Origin: Candidatus Spongiisociaceae bacterium | Lineage (GTDB): Bacteria > Actinomycetota > Acidimicrobiia > Spongiisociales > Spongiisociaceae | Length of the DNA: 64,000 nucleotides | Assembly: GCA_965219685.1 (NCBI GenBank) | Contig: CBDCOH010000002.1 | Coordinates: 1,536,001 to 1,600,000, forward strand | Reading direction: 5' to 3' | Part shown: positions 50,095-60,285 of the stretch, in pieces | Numbering within the stretch: position 1 is the first letter of the stretch | How the letters are laid out: every line of letters starts with the position of its first letter | Translations under genes and position numbers: made by a program | Notes under the pieces: generated by a model | Databases searched by the model: none | Told to the model about the DNA's origin: nothing | Seen by the model: the letters and a program-made list of their open reading frames with translations, nothing else

Positions 50095-50904
50095 TCAGCC
50101 GTCCACCCGCAGCCGGTCCGACGGGTATCCGGCCTTGAAGTCGTCGACCGCTGCGCGCGACCAGTCCCGGCCGAGAGGAAGAGCCAGTGAGATCAGCGGG
50201 CCTTCCTCGCACGGGCGGCCTCTCTTGACCAGCAAAGTGGTCCTACCCGCTGTGTGGCGCAGTACGTAGCTGTACACCGTCGTGTACAGCGAGTGGTTGC
50301 ACACTCCTGTGTCCCCCTGGTCATGACTGCGGAGGAGGCCGAGGACATCGTCGATGGACGCGGCGCGGTCGAGACGCTTCTGGGCAGAGGCCATCCGGTC
50401 CTCCGTGGTCACCGTGTCGTCGTTGCGGGGGTGGATGCCCAACTCGGTGTGGTGGTTGGCGCGGGCGGTGGCGCGGCTAAGGGGCAGCACCGCCGTCCTC
50501 CGGCTGCGGACCTCCACCGCCGCCTGGCTTTCGCCGTCGATCATCAGCAGGTTCCCCCAGAGGTACGGACGGGCCGCCACAGCCCGGTGCACGGCATCCA
50601 CAGCAGAGCCCACGTCCTTCCCTTCCCGCAGGGCGATCTCCACCAGGTCGTCGTAGTTGGCGTGCTCGGGCAGCGTCCGAACGTTGGAGTCGCAGACGAG
50701 GAGACCCGACGAGTTGGCGCCGACCGAGAACCCCGAGAACACGTCCGCATCCGGATCGTCCCCGGCCCAGGTGACGATCCCCTCGACGCCGAACACCTTC
50801 TCCTCGATGACGATCCGGTCGTCGAAGCTAGCCCGGCCGAAGTCCTTGTTCTTGAACAGCAGGTACTCGTCCGTCCCCGGCCTGAGAAACCCGGTCGTGC
50901 ACAT
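50095..50904 (-). CDS. Ntn-hydrolase, C45/acyltransferase-like
   Basis: N-terminal M-C-T nucleophile, FKNKD, GANS.GL, RANH, LRSHD, VCNH, GRPC. Confidence 0.75.
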   Translation of the reverse strand: MCTTGFLRPGTDEYLLFKNKDFGRASFDDRIVIEEKVFGVEGIVTWAGDDPDADVFSGFSVGANSSGLLVCDSNVRTLPEHANYDDLVEIALREGKDVGSAVDAVHRAVAARPYLWGNLLMIDGESQAAVEVRSRRTAVLPLSRATARANHHTELGIHPRNDDTVTTEDRMASAQKRLDRAASIDDVLGLLRSHDQGDTGVCNHSLYTTVYSYVLRHTAGRTTLLVKRGRPCEEGPLISLALPLGRDWSRAAVDDFKAGYPSDRLRVDG

Positions 50905-50954
50905 CGCCGCCTCCCGTGTCGAGTTGCCGCGCGCGACTCTAGGTAGTGAGTTCC

Positions 50955-50975
50955 TAGCTGTTGGCTGTTAGGTAT
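50955..50975. repeat. Short heptamer array
   Basis: TAGCTGT TGGCTGT TAGGTAT upstream of the C45 gene start. Confidence 0.5.
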
Positions 50976-51091
50976 GGATCGATGGCGAGCGTTAGATTGG
51001 ATACTTTTCCGGTCTCGGTGTGCTGTTCACCGGCTTCACTTTCCAAACCCGAGCCCAGAAGGCGAAGCCGGGTCCGGTAAAGTTCCGGGAC

Positions 51092-52255
51092 ATGAGGTCC
51101 CCTTTTCTCGGCCGAGCCGACCGCGTCAGGGTCGAACGCCTCCTGCTGCGATACGTCGGCGTCCGCTCCGTCAACCCGACCTTCGACGGTGGTCCGGGAG
51201 AAGCGGAGTTGGCGGAACGCCTGGTCGCCGATCTGCGAGCGGCCGGCTACGAACCGGTCCGCGAGCCGGTGCATCCGGGAGGGAGGGACAACGTCGTGGT
51301 GACACTCCCCGGACGGGAGGAGGCACCGGTTGTCATGTTCCACGCCCACCTGGACACGGTCGGTTTGTCCGGAAAGGCCACCACCGAAGCCCTCTCGTCG
51401 GGCGGGCACGTCTACGGACGGGGCGCGTGCGACACCAAGGGCTCCCTCGTGGCGATGGTCGAGTCGCTACGGCTCCTCGAGGGTGTGGACCCGGCGGCGA
51501 GGGCCACGGTCGTCTTGGTGGGCGGGATCGACGAGGAGGCGGGAGGGAGCGGCGCCGAAGCACTTGCGGCCTCCCACCCTGAGATCGAGATGGCGGTCGT
51601 TGGAGAACCGACCGGCCTGGAGGTCGCTACCGCGCACAAGGGCGTGATCCGCTTCGAGATCGCCACCGCCGGCGTCCCCGCTCACTCCTCGAAGCCACAT
51701 CTGGGACGCAACGCCATCCATGCCATGTCCCGGGTGCTGGACGCCCTGGAGAACGAGTACATACCGGGCCTCGATCCCGACGGCCATCATCTGGTCGGAC
51801 CGGCCACCCTCACCGTCGCCACCATCGAGGGAGGCTCGGGTATCAACGTCGTCCCCGCCGAGTGCGTAATCGGCCTGGACCGTAGAGTGATCCCCGGGGA
51901 GGACACCGACGATGTCCTGGCCGGGTTCGACGAGCTACTCGCGCCTCTCGGCGGCGTGCGTGTGGAGCGGCGCGATCCTTTCATGATCACCTCTGCCCTG
52001 GACACGCCACCCGGCAGCCCGGTCGTACAGGCTCTGATCGGAGCGCGGGAGCGGGTGACCGGGCACCGCGCCCAACCGATCGGCGTCACCTACGGCACCG
52101 ACGCGTCCTGCTTCGATCCGGCCGGGATCAGTTGCGTGATCTTCGGCCCCGGGAGCATCGACCAGGCCCATTCCGACGAGGAGTGGGTCGGGATCGAGGA
52201 GACAGCGCTGGCCGCGGAGATCCTGGCTCAGACTGCTGTCGACCTGGCTGGCTGA
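51092..52255 (+). CDS. M20 family (ArgE/DapE-like) deacylase
   Basis: HAHLDTV, YGRGACDTKG, DEE, GEPT, AHSS.P..G.NAI, GTDA, GPGSIDQAH. Confidence 0.92.
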   Translation: MRSPFLGRADRVRVERLLLRYVGVRSVNPTFDGGPGEAELAERLVADLRAAGYEPVREPVHPGGRDNVVVTLPGREEAPVVMFHAHLDTVGLSGKATTEALSSGGHVYGRGACDTKGSLVAMVESLRLLEGVDPAARATVVLVGGIDEEAGGSGAEALAASHPEIEMAVVGEPTGLEVATAHKGVIRFEIATAGVPAHSSKPHLGRNAIHAMSRVLDALENEYIPGLDPDGHHLVGPATLTVATIEGGSGINVVPAECVIGLDRRVIPGEDTDDVLAGFDELLAPLGGVRVERRDPFMITSALDTPPGSPVVQALIGARERVTGHRAQPIGVTYGTDASCFDPAGISCVIFGPGSIDQAHSDEEWVGIEETALAAEILAQTAVDLAG

Positions 52256-52337
52256 CCGCCCACGGAACCGCGGGTCGGTCCTGGGTCAGAAACCGCCGGT
52301 AACAGTCGGCACGGTCGACCCGACAAACCTGTAAACC

Positions 52338-53123
52338 TCAACTCTCAGGGACATCGTAGGTCTGGGCAGTCAGGGCTCCGTCGACGATCAGGTTGACGCC
52401 GCTCACGTACTTGGCCGAATCGGATGCCAGGTACAGGAAGGCTTCGGCGATGTCGTCGTCGTCGGCCAGGCGGTTGGCAGGAACCACCGGGAACCCGTGC
52501 GTGCGCCACTTGTCCATCAGTTCCTCACCCACCAGGTCGACCGACTGCTGGGTGTCGGCCGGGCCGGGACTCACGCAGTTGGCCCGGATTCCGTAGGGGG
52601 CGCATTCCACTGCGATCGCCCTGGCCAGCGACACCAGCGCCGCCTTGGACACGCAGTATGCTGTGAACCCCCTCCCGTGGCCGAGCGCCACGATCGAGGC
52701 CGTGAACAGGATCACTCCCCCACCGGTCTTCTTCATCGCCTGCGCCGCTTCCCGCGCCAGGACGAAGTAGGCGTCCAGGTTCACGGACAGCACCCGCCTC
52801 CAGTCGGAGGTCGGAATGTCCATGAAAGGGACGTCGACCCAGGCGCCGGCGTTCGACACCAGCACGTCCAGCTTCGGATCGATAGCGAGCGCCTGGGCCA
52901 TGGCGTCCACGCAGTTGTCCATATCGCCCATGTCCAGGCAGATCTTGTGGGGGATCGCTCCGCACGCCTCGATGGACGGAGCGGCCTCGTCAAGACGTTC
53001 CTGCTTGTAGTCCACCATGTAGACGTTCCGGGCGCCCTCCTCGGCGAAGCGCTGCGCCGTGCGCCTCCCGAAGCCGCTCCCGGCGCCGGTGACGAATACG
53101 TTCTTGCCCTCGAAGCGTCTCAT
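52338..53123 (-). CDS. Short-chain dehydrogenase/reductase
   Basis: TGAGSGFG, VSNAG, YCVSK, RANCVSPG, VDGA. Confidence 0.93.
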   Translation of the reverse strand: MRRFEGKNVFVTGAGSGFGRRTAQRFAEEGARNVYMVDYKQERLDEAAPSIEACGAIPHKICLDMGDMDNCVDAMAQALAIDPKLDVLVSNAGAWVDVPFMDIPTSDWRRVLSVNLDAYFVLAREAAQAMKKTGGGVILFTASIVALGHGRGFTAYCVSKAALVSLARAIAVECAPYGIRANCVSPGPADTQQSVDLVGEELMDKWRTHGFPVVPANRLADDDDIAEAFLYLASDSAKYVSGVNLIVDGALTAQTYDVPES

Positions 53124-53125
53124 GC

Positions 53126-53485
53126 TCACTCCTTCCAGCCGGCGGCCAGCCCCGGGCCCCGGTCCGGCGGCGGGACGATCACGTGTTCCTTGACCACCCA
53201 GAAAGTCCCGGTCGTCTTGGCGTAGTTGCCCACGTCCTCCCAGGCAGCAGCGGCCGTCGGGGTGGCGGAGGCGCGATCCCAGGCTTCCTCGTCGTCGTAC
53301 CACTGCTCCACGAAGGCCTCCGTCTCGAGTTCGCCGCCCAGCTTCCGGACCACCTCGGAGACCACGTAACCCCTCAACCCCGGAAGGGATGCCGATATCG
53401 GCGCATGTACATCGAACCAGTAATCGAAGAACTCCTCGGCAGTGAAGTCGTCCCGCTTGTACGCCGTACCGATGAGCTTGATCAT
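53126..53485 (-). CDS. EthD-domain protein
   Basis: MIKL....KR......EF..YW...HAPI...LPGLRGY...EQWYD. Confidence 0.85.
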   Translation of the reverse strand: MIKLIGTAYKRDDFTAEEFFDYWFDVHAPISASLPGLRGYVVSEVVRKLGGELETEAFVEQWYDDEEAWDRASATPTAAAAWEDVGNYAKTTGTFWVVKEHVIVPPPDRGPGLAAGWKE

Positions 53486-53808
53486 CCTCACCTCCAGGGT
53501 TGCTCGACTCGAATCTATCAACGTGGAGAGCGCCCTGCCTTCACGGGCGCCTCCGGACACCCCCCAACACCGCCGCACCGGCTTGACGATGGCTACCTTC
53601 GAGTCGTTCCCAGTTCCGGAGATCTTCATAGGAGGGGCACGATTTGCCCTGATGCCGTATAGGAACGGGATATGATCACGGAGTCGGGGAACAAGCGACC
53701 GCGTCCGGATGGTCGGCGAGGACAACGAGCTTCACGTTCAGATCGGACTCCCGTTGCCGGACGGCTGCCTGTTCCTCGCATCAGGTTCAGCAAACTGTGC
53801 GGGGAGTC

Positions 53809-55095
53809 GTGAGTCCATTGAGGAGTCGAGGTAGCCAGCGGCGCCGCACGAACCTCTACGGAGGGCGCCGCACCGGGTCGCGCTCGCGGTCCTCGGGAGG
53901 CCTCGGGCCGAAGAAGAACCGGTACGCCCACATCATCTCCGCGGTGTTGGTCGTGGCGGTGGCGTTGTTCGTCTTCACGCGTGATGAGCCCGATCCGGCG
54001 GACTCCACCACGGTCGAAACCGGTCCGCCGGTCACGGCTACGGAAGGAACCGTCGAGGCGGCTCCCGACGCGACCCAGCCGGCAACCACCACCGCGGCCG
54101 CGGGCGCAACCGCGGGGACCACTACCCCCACCACCTCGCCCGGTCGCGAAGGCCCGGCTCTGGACTCGTCCTCCAGCGCATTCTCGGATGGTCTGGCGGA
54201 GGCAAAGGCGACGCTCGCCCGGTTGGTCGAGGAGATCTCCGCTGCCAACGAGGCCTGGGACGACCGTGACGAGACCGGAGCCCGATTCGAAGACACGGAG
54301 ACGGCCATCTCCGGCGTCATCGACCGGACCCGAACCCTCCAGGAGTCGGTCAGGAGCCTGCCCGTACCCTCCACCCTGGCCGACCGCCCCCAGGGGCTGC
54401 AGGGCCTGGTCCAGCAGGCGACCGAGCTGGTCCCGCTGGCGGAAGCGGTTCTGGAAGGACTTCGCCTGCCTTCCCCCGACGATGGGTCAACCCGCCGGGA
54501 GGCCCTCGCTGATTTCGTCGCAGCAGCCGAGGCCTTCAGCAGCACCGTTGACGATCTGGTGGGCAATATCGAGGAGAACGCCCAGGACCTTGGACTCACG
54601 GCGCCGCCATCGGACGCTACCACCACGACCCCGGCGACTACCCGGCCGCCCGCGGAACTGTCTGGCGAAGCCGTGGCCTACATCAACGGTCTGCAGGGTT
54701 TCAAACAGGCTCTCGCCGACCTGGTGGCCCAAGCCGAGGCCGCCAACCGGGCCTGGGACAACAGCGCCGAGACCGGCGCCACCTACAGCGAGACCTCCGC
54801 CGCCCTGGGCGAGGCCATCGATCAGGCCCGCTCGTTCAACGAGCAAGTCAGGGGCCTACCGGTTCCGGGACCGGTAGGGACCCTCGGAGACGGACCCATC
54901 CAGCACGCCGCCCGCCTGCCTGCGCTCGCGGAGGGGATGCTGGAGGGATTGCGGATCCCGGCCCCCGACGATGGTTCGACCCGGCGCGCCGCCCTCGCCG
55001 CGTTCTTAGCGTCCGCTGAGGACTTCGCCGGCAGCGTGGACAGCCTCGTCGCCTACATAGAGGAGAACGCCGCGGCGCTCGGACTCGTCCGTTAG
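53809..55095 (+). CDS. Hypothetical membrane-anchored protein with two tandem helical repeat domains
   Basis: Basic N-terminus, one TM helix, Thr/Pro linkers, two ~140-aa homologous domains. Confidence 0.75.
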   Translation: MSPLRSRGSQRRRTNLYGGRRTGSRSRSSGGLGPKKNRYAHIISAVLVVAVALFVFTRDEPDPADSTTVETGPPVTATEGTVEAAPDATQPATTTAAAGATAGTTTPTTSPGREGPALDSSSSAFSDGLAEAKATLARLVEEISAANEAWDDRDETGARFEDTETAISGVIDRTRTLQESVRSLPVPSTLADRPQGLQGLVQQATELVPLAEAVLEGLRLPSPDDGSTRREALADFVAAAEAFSSTVDDLVGNIEENAQDLGLTAPPSDATTTTPATTRPPAELSGEAVAYINGLQGFKQALADLVAQAEAANRAWDNSAETGATYSETSAALGEAIDQARSFNEQVRGLPVPGPVGTLGDGPIQHAARLPALAEGMLEGLRIPAPDDGSTRRAALAAFLASAEDFAGSVDSLVAYIEENAAALGLVR

Positions 55096-55192
55096 GTGTT
55101 AGGTGTTAGGCGTTAGGGGGCGTTAGATAAGGTTAACTTCTAGCACCTGACCGCCAGCTCCCACCTAGCACCCAACACCCAGCACCTAGCAC
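55093..55192. repeat. Head-to-head heptamer arrays (TAGGTGT)n ... (CYARCAC)n
   Basis: TAGGTGT TAGGTGT TAGGCGT TAG from the stop codon; CTAGCAC CCAACAC CCAGCAC CTAGCAC ending just before the next RBS. Confidence 0.85.
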
Positions 55193-55205
55193 TTTGGAGG
55201 AACCG

Positions 55206-56561
55206 ATGGTTGAACGGATGGTCGTGATCGGCGGTGACGCGGCCGGGATGAGCGCGGCGAGCCAGGCCCGACGGCGGAGGTCGGTGGACAACCTGGAGAT
55301 CATTGCCATCGAACGCTCCGGATGGGTGAGTTACTCGGCCTGCGGTGAGCCCTACTACATCGCCGGCTACATCGATCCGCTGGAGCGCCTGGTGGCGCGC
55401 AGCCCGGAGGTCTTCGCTCAGATGGGTATCGAGGTACGGATCCGCCACGAAGCCACCGCCATCGACCTCGACAACCGCAAGGTCGACGTCACCGCACTCG
55501 ACTCCGGGGAGAGGATCGAACTCGGTTTCGACACGCTCATGATCGGCACCGGCGCCCGGCCACTGCGACCGCCGATCCAAGGCGCTCATCTACCCGGGGT
55601 GTTCGGTCTCCATACCCTCGACGATGCGGTAATGCTCAGGAGGGCGGCCGAGGCCGGGCCTGGGAATGCGGTCGTCGTGGGCGGGGGCTATGTGGGCCTC
55701 GAGGCCGCCGAGGCGTTCCACAGCCGGGGCTGGAAGGTCACCGTCCTAACGTCGGGGGAAGCGGTGCTCGACCGGACTCTCGATCCCGATCTGGGACTGC
55801 AGGTCGTGGCAGCGATGGAACAGATGGGGATCCGCGTGGTGACCGGGACACGGGTCGAGTGCATCAACGGCGCCGAGCGGGTGGAGAGCGTCGGATGCGA
55901 CGACGAGACCCACCCTGCCGAGGTAGTGGTGCTCGGACTGGGTTTCAGGCCCGAGTCGGGCCTGGCAGCCGGAGCCGGCATCGGCCTGGGACCTACCGGG
56001 GCGATCTCGGTGGACGACCGCCAGCGGACGGACGCCGACGGGGTATGGGCCGGGGGCGACTGCGCCGAAGCCATCCATCGGCTCACCGGCAAGCCAGTCA
56101 ACTTCCACCTCGGCACGGTTGCCAACAAGGCGGGACGCGTGGCGGGAATCAACATCGGCGGAGGGAACGCCCGCTTCCCCGGAGTGCTCGGCACCGCGAT
56201 CACCAAGGTATGCGACCTGGAGATATCCTCCACAGGTCTCCGCCCGTCCGACGCGACCGCGGCCGGATTCGACTCCGTCGTCGGCGACGCGCAGGGTTCC
56301 ACCGCGGCCGGCTACTGGCCAAGCGCCTCACCGATGACCATCCGGGTTGTCGCGGAACGGAGTGACGGACGCATCCTCGGCGCCCAGATCGTCGGAGGAC
56401 CGGGCGCCGGGAAACGAATCGACGTGTTCGCCACCGCGATCTGGAACGAGATGACCGCCGAGGACCTCGCCTGGGCCGACCTCGCCTACGCCCCGCCCTT
56501 CTCGGGGGTCTGGGACCTCATCCACATAGCCGCCCGCCGCGCCGCCAGCCAGATTTCCTAG
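55206..56561 (+). CDS. CoA-disulfide reductase / NADH oxidase family flavoprotein
   Basis: IGGDAAGMSAA, SYSACGEPY (redox Cys), GGGYVGLE, GDCA, ILGAQI.G, DLAYAPPFS. Confidence 0.9.
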   Translation: MVERMVVIGGDAAGMSAASQARRRRSVDNLEIIAIERSGWVSYSACGEPYYIAGYIDPLERLVARSPEVFAQMGIEVRIRHEATAIDLDNRKVDVTALDSGERIELGFDTLMIGTGARPLRPPIQGAHLPGVFGLHTLDDAVMLRRAAEAGPGNAVVVGGGYVGLEAAEAFHSRGWKVTVLTSGEAVLDRTLDPDLGLQVVAAMEQMGIRVVTGTRVECINGAERVESVGCDDETHPAEVVVLGLGFRPESGLAAGAGIGLGPTGAISVDDRQRTDADGVWAGGDCAEAIHRLTGKPVNFHLGTVANKAGRVAGINIGGGNARFPGVLGTAITKVCDLEISSTGLRPSDATAAGFDSVVGDAQGSTAAGYWPSASPMTIRVVAERSDGRILGAQIVGGPGAGKRIDVFATAIWNEMTAEDLAWADLAYAPPFSGVWDLIHIAARRAASQIS

Positions 56562-56677
56562 CCGCTTTGTCACCGGCGCGCATTTGCCATCCTCCGTAGC
56601 ACTGCTTGGGCCTCGCGGTTACGTCGAAGGGGCTCTTCACAAAGTGGCAGCCATGCAACGCAGTCGGCGTACGGTTA

Positions 56678-58417
56678 TCAGTTTCTCAGAACGGGAAGCG
56701 TGACCCGGGTGGGATAGTTGCGGTCGTGCAGGACCGTCTGCGTTGCCGGGACAGCACCGAACGGGCCCTCCGTCAACGGCTTGGCGCCGGTGTTCAGGTT
56801 CCGGTCCCACTGCGGGAAGTCGGAACTGGCGATATCGAGCCTGAGTCGCGACCCCGCGTCCACGCGAGCCCCCACCGGCCCGAGGTCGATCTTGAACTCG
56901 TACACCTGCCCGGGCGTGAGCAGCTTCGGGGAGGTCAGCGAGTCTCGATATCGTGCCCTCAGGATCCCCTCCTGCAGGTTCACGGATCTTCCAGACGTAT
57001 CCACCACGCACAGGCGGGCGGTGAAGTCGGTGTCGACGGCTGTGGTAGCCGCGTACAGGGTCACCTCGCCGTCTCCGATCAACTCGATGTCCTCGGCCAG
57101 GGGTTCCGACGTGTACACAAGGATCATGCGGGAGACCTCTGCGGCATGCTGGTCGGCGGGTCCCATAGGGGTGATCGTGTCGAAACAGCACGAGTGACCA
57201 CCCATGGACGGGACAGGTACGCCCGGTTCGTGTATGTAGAGGTCGGGGGGTTCGTCCGCCGGCGGGGTCCTGTCCAGGACGCCGTCCCCGAACTTGGAGT
57301 TGGCACAACCCTGCGAGTGGATGAACCAGTCCTCGAGGACTGCCAGAGGGGGCGGCCACGAGTCGAAGTCCCGCCGACCTCCGTCGAGTGTGAACGCAGT
57401 GACCTTGCTGTCGAGGACTCCCGTCTCCCGGCCCTTCAGGGTCTGGTCGAACCACCGGACCAGCCAGGAGTCGATCTCCGGCGTCGATGGACCCTCCGAA
57501 CCGAGGCGGCTGACGGGGGTCCACGGCATGTGCGCCCACGGCCCCACCACCAGCTTCTGGCGCCGGCGGGTCTGCTCATCGCGGCCGGAGCCGGACAGTC
57601 CGACGAAGTTCTTGATGGTGCCGGTGAGGAACACGTCGTACCAGCCGGCAACGTGCAGGGCCGGGACGTCGATGCGGCTGTAGTCCTCGTCGATGCTCCA
57701 TCGCCGCCAGTAGTCGTCGTAGGAGCAATGGTCCACCCAGTCCTTGAAGTACGGGGCGTATGGCACCTGGAGCGGCGGGTAGTCGGCGACCGGCAGCGAC
57801 CAGTACCAGGCCGGGGCGTTGCCGAGACCGGCCGCCAACTGGTTGTGAGCCGCCACGTCCCCGGCTCGCTGGGCGCTCTCCAAGGCCAGCAGGGTGGCCC
57901 AGTAGCCGATGAAGGCCAGGGCGAAAGCGCCGCCGTTGTACGTCCACCCGTCGTAGTACTGGGACGCGGTGAAGGCCGGGGAGATGGAGGCGAGGGAAGG
58001 GGGCGTCGCGATGGCGGCCAGCAACTGGGTGGCGCCGACATAGGAGAAGCCCATCATCCCCACCTGGCCATCGCTGCCCGGCAGGCGGGCCGCCCACTCC
58101 ACGGAGTCGTAGCCGTCAGCGATCTCATGGCGATAGGGATAGAAGTCACCGTCGGATGCATAGCGTCCACGGCAGTCCTGGGACACCACCACATATCCCT
58201 GAGCGGCGAACCAGGCAGGGTGTGCACTGCCGAAGGTCGGGGTACCGGACCGCTTGTCGTAGATACTCCTGATCAGCAACACCGGAAGGTCGGCATCGGT
58301 ACGGGGCCGGTAGACATCGGACCGCAGCACCGTGCCGTCCCTCATGGTCGCTTCCACGTCTCGCTCGACGGTGACATCGAGACCCGGTATCCGCTCGATC
58401 GGGTGTGTTGGGGTCAT
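56678..58417 (-). CDS. CocE/NonD family serine hydrolase
   Basis: MRDGTVLRSDVYRP, QDCRGRYASDG, GFSYVG, GWYD, VGPWAH, SSDFP..DRN.NTG. Confidence 0.94.
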   Translation of the reverse strand: MTPTHPIERIPGLDVTVERDVEATMRDGTVLRSDVYRPRTDADLPVLLIRSIYDKRSGTPTFGSAHPAWFAAQGYVVVSQDCRGRYASDGDFYPYRHEIADGYDSVEWAARLPGSDGQVGMMGFSYVGATQLLAAIATPPSLASISPAFTASQYYDGWTYNGGAFALAFIGYWATLLALESAQRAGDVAAHNQLAAGLGNAPAWYWSLPVADYPPLQVPYAPYFKDWVDHCSYDDYWRRWSIDEDYSRIDVPALHVAGWYDVFLTGTIKNFVGLSGSGRDEQTRRRQKLVVGPWAHMPWTPVSRLGSEGPSTPEIDSWLVRWFDQTLKGRETGVLDSKVTAFTLDGGRRDFDSWPPPLAVLEDWFIHSQGCANSKFGDGVLDRTPPADEPPDLYIHEPGVPVPSMGGHSCCFDTITPMGPADQHAAEVSRMILVYTSEPLAEDIELIGDGEVTLYAATTAVDTDFTARLCVVDTSGRSVNLQEGILRARYRDSLTSPKLLTPGQVYEFKIDLGPVGARVDAGSRLRLDIASSDFPQWDRNLNTGAKPLTEGPFGAVPATQTVLHDRNYPTRVTLPVLRN

Positions 58418-58546
58418 AGCTCTCCTAACAGATGGACACCCGGAAGCGCCGGGCCGGTTCGGTAGCATTCTGCGGAACGGAGGCGGTCGAAGCAACCGGA
58501 TCCCAGGGATGGTCCGGTCGGTCACCGGCAGGCAACGGAGGCGCGC

Positions 58547-59119
58547 ATGAGCGAATTCAGAGACCAGACCCTGTATGAAGAGGGATCCGACGCCGGTGGT
58601 ATGCCCCTTGAGCACGTGAGAACCTTCCTCGGCAGCCCGGACAGCACATGGTTACTGAAGCTGTGCTTCACCAAGGAGGACGGATGGCCGATGGTGGTAC
58701 CTCTCTGGTACGCGTGGGACGGCGAGGCCTTCTACGTCGTGGGCCGCAAGCGTTCCCAGTGGGTCGAGGACCTCAAACGCGATCCCAGGTGCGCGGTCTG
58801 CATCGAGGAACTGGCCCATCCCCGGATCCGCAAGGTACTGGCACAGTGCACCGCCGAGATCCTGGAGGGCCCCGCCAAGGGCGAGGGGTCCCGGTGGGTG
58901 CCGGTCGCCGAGGAGATGGCCGCGCGCTACCTGGGACCCGAGGGCCCCGAGCAGTTGAAGATGTCCTGGAGTTGGGAGCGCTACCTCGTGAGGCTGGTGC
59001 CGCGAGACGGCAAGCTCACCACCTGGCAGGGCGCCGACTGGGCACTCCGGTACTTCGACCCGGGCCAGCGGCCCGACCTCGAGGCCAAGGCGCAGCAGAG
59101 CCGGGCGGCCGGGACGTGA
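58547..59119 (+). CDS. Pyridoxamine 5'-phosphate oxidase-like protein (paralog of 35210-35755)
   Basis: DGWPMVVPLWYAWDG, RDPRCAVCI, RYLG, TWQGADWA.RY. Confidence 0.85.
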   Translation: MSEFRDQTLYEEGSDAGGMPLEHVRTFLGSPDSTWLLKLCFTKEDGWPMVVPLWYAWDGEAFYVVGRKRSQWVEDLKRDPRCAVCIEELAHPRIRKVLAQCTAEILEGPAKGEGSRWVPVAEEMAARYLGPEGPEQLKMSWSWERYLVRLVPRDGKLTTWQGADWALRYFDPGQRPDLEAKAQQSRAAGT

Positions 59120-60285
59120 GGCGTCTGGCCCGACCGGCCACTGCACTGCCCCGCTCCGAGATCCGGGTGCTCTTCGACCAGGCGGCGGACCGTCCGGACG
59201 CCATCCGACTCGAAGTGGGAGAACCCAGCTTCAACACGCCCGATCACATAATCGAAGCGGCTCTCAGGGCAGCCCGGGACGGCCATACCGGATACGGGCC
59301 GAACGGTGGTCTGGCCTCTCTGCGAGAACTCCTCGCGGAGAAGATCCGGCAGATCGACGGATTCGAGGTCTCGCCCGGCGACATCGTCGTGACCCCGGGG
59401 GGTATGAACGCCCTGTACTCGTGCTACCTAGCCCTTATCAACCCCGGCGACGAGGTGCTGCTCCCCACCCCCGGCTTCCCCAACATGGATGCCCTGGTGC
59501 GGATGATGGGCGGATGCCCGGTCTTCTATCCCCTCCGGGCTGCCGACGGTTACCTGCCGGACCCGGAACGCCTCGCCGCCCTCGTCACAGACCGCACCAC
59601 CACCGTGTTCGTAAACACCCCGGCCAACCCCACCGGCGCGGTATTCCCCGCCCGGCTGATGCAAGGCCTCGTCGAGTTGTGCAACCGCCGCGATCTGTGG
59701 CTCCTTTCCGACGAGGTCTACGACGAGCTTGTACTCGACGAGGAATCGGTCCACACCTCCGCGGCCCGTTTCGACACGGAACGTCGGGTGATCACCGTCT
59801 TCAGCTTTTCGAAGGTGTACGCGATGACCGGCTGGAGGGTCGGCTACGCCGCCGCGCCGAGCCCGGTGGCGGACCTGATGCGCAAACTGCAGGAACCCCA
59901 GGTGTCGTGCCCTAGCACCATCTCCCAGAAAGCAGCCGAGGCGGCTCTGCTGGGACCTAGGGAACCGATCCGGGCCATGCTCGACGCGTACCGCCGCCGC
60001 CGCGAGGTCGCCGTGGCAGCCGCCGCTGAGGCCGGCCTGGGTTTCGTGGCCCCGGCGGGGACCATGTACATGATGGTGGGAGTCGACACGGGAGGTCGCT
60101 CGATGCTCAGGTTCGCGCTCGAACTGCTCTCCGATCACGCGGTGAGCGTGGCGCCCGGCTCGGTCTTCGGGCCTGGAGGCGACGGCCACGTGCGTATATC
60201 GCTGGCTGCCGAGGACGGCGCGATCGCCGAGGGCCTGCGGCGCTTGGGGGCCTTCAGCCGGGCCCGAACCCTGGTGGGCGCATGA
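59116..60285 (+). CDS. Class I/II PLP-dependent aminotransferase (paralog of 38789-39955)
   Basis: LEVGEPSF, NTPANPTG, SDEVY, SFSKVYAMTGWRVG; GTG start overlaps the upstream stop. Confidence 0.93.
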   Translation: MRRLARPATALPRSEIRVLFDQAADRPDAIRLEVGEPSFNTPDHIIEAALRAARDGHTGYGPNGGLASLRELLAEKIRQIDGFEVSPGDIVVTPGGMNALYSCYLALINPGDEVLLPTPGFPNMDALVRMMGGCPVFYPLRAADGYLPDPERLAALVTDRTTTVFVNTPANPTGAVFPARLMQGLVELCNRRDLWLLSDEVYDELVLDEESVHTSAARFDTERRVITVFSFSKVYAMTGWRVGYAAAPSPVADLMRKLQEPQVSCPSTISQKAAEAALLGPREPIRAMLDAYRRRREVAVAAAAEAGLGFVAPAGTMYMMVGVDTGGRSMLRFALELLSDHAVSVAPGSVFGPGGDGHVRISLAAEDGAIAEGLRRLGAFSRARTLVGA

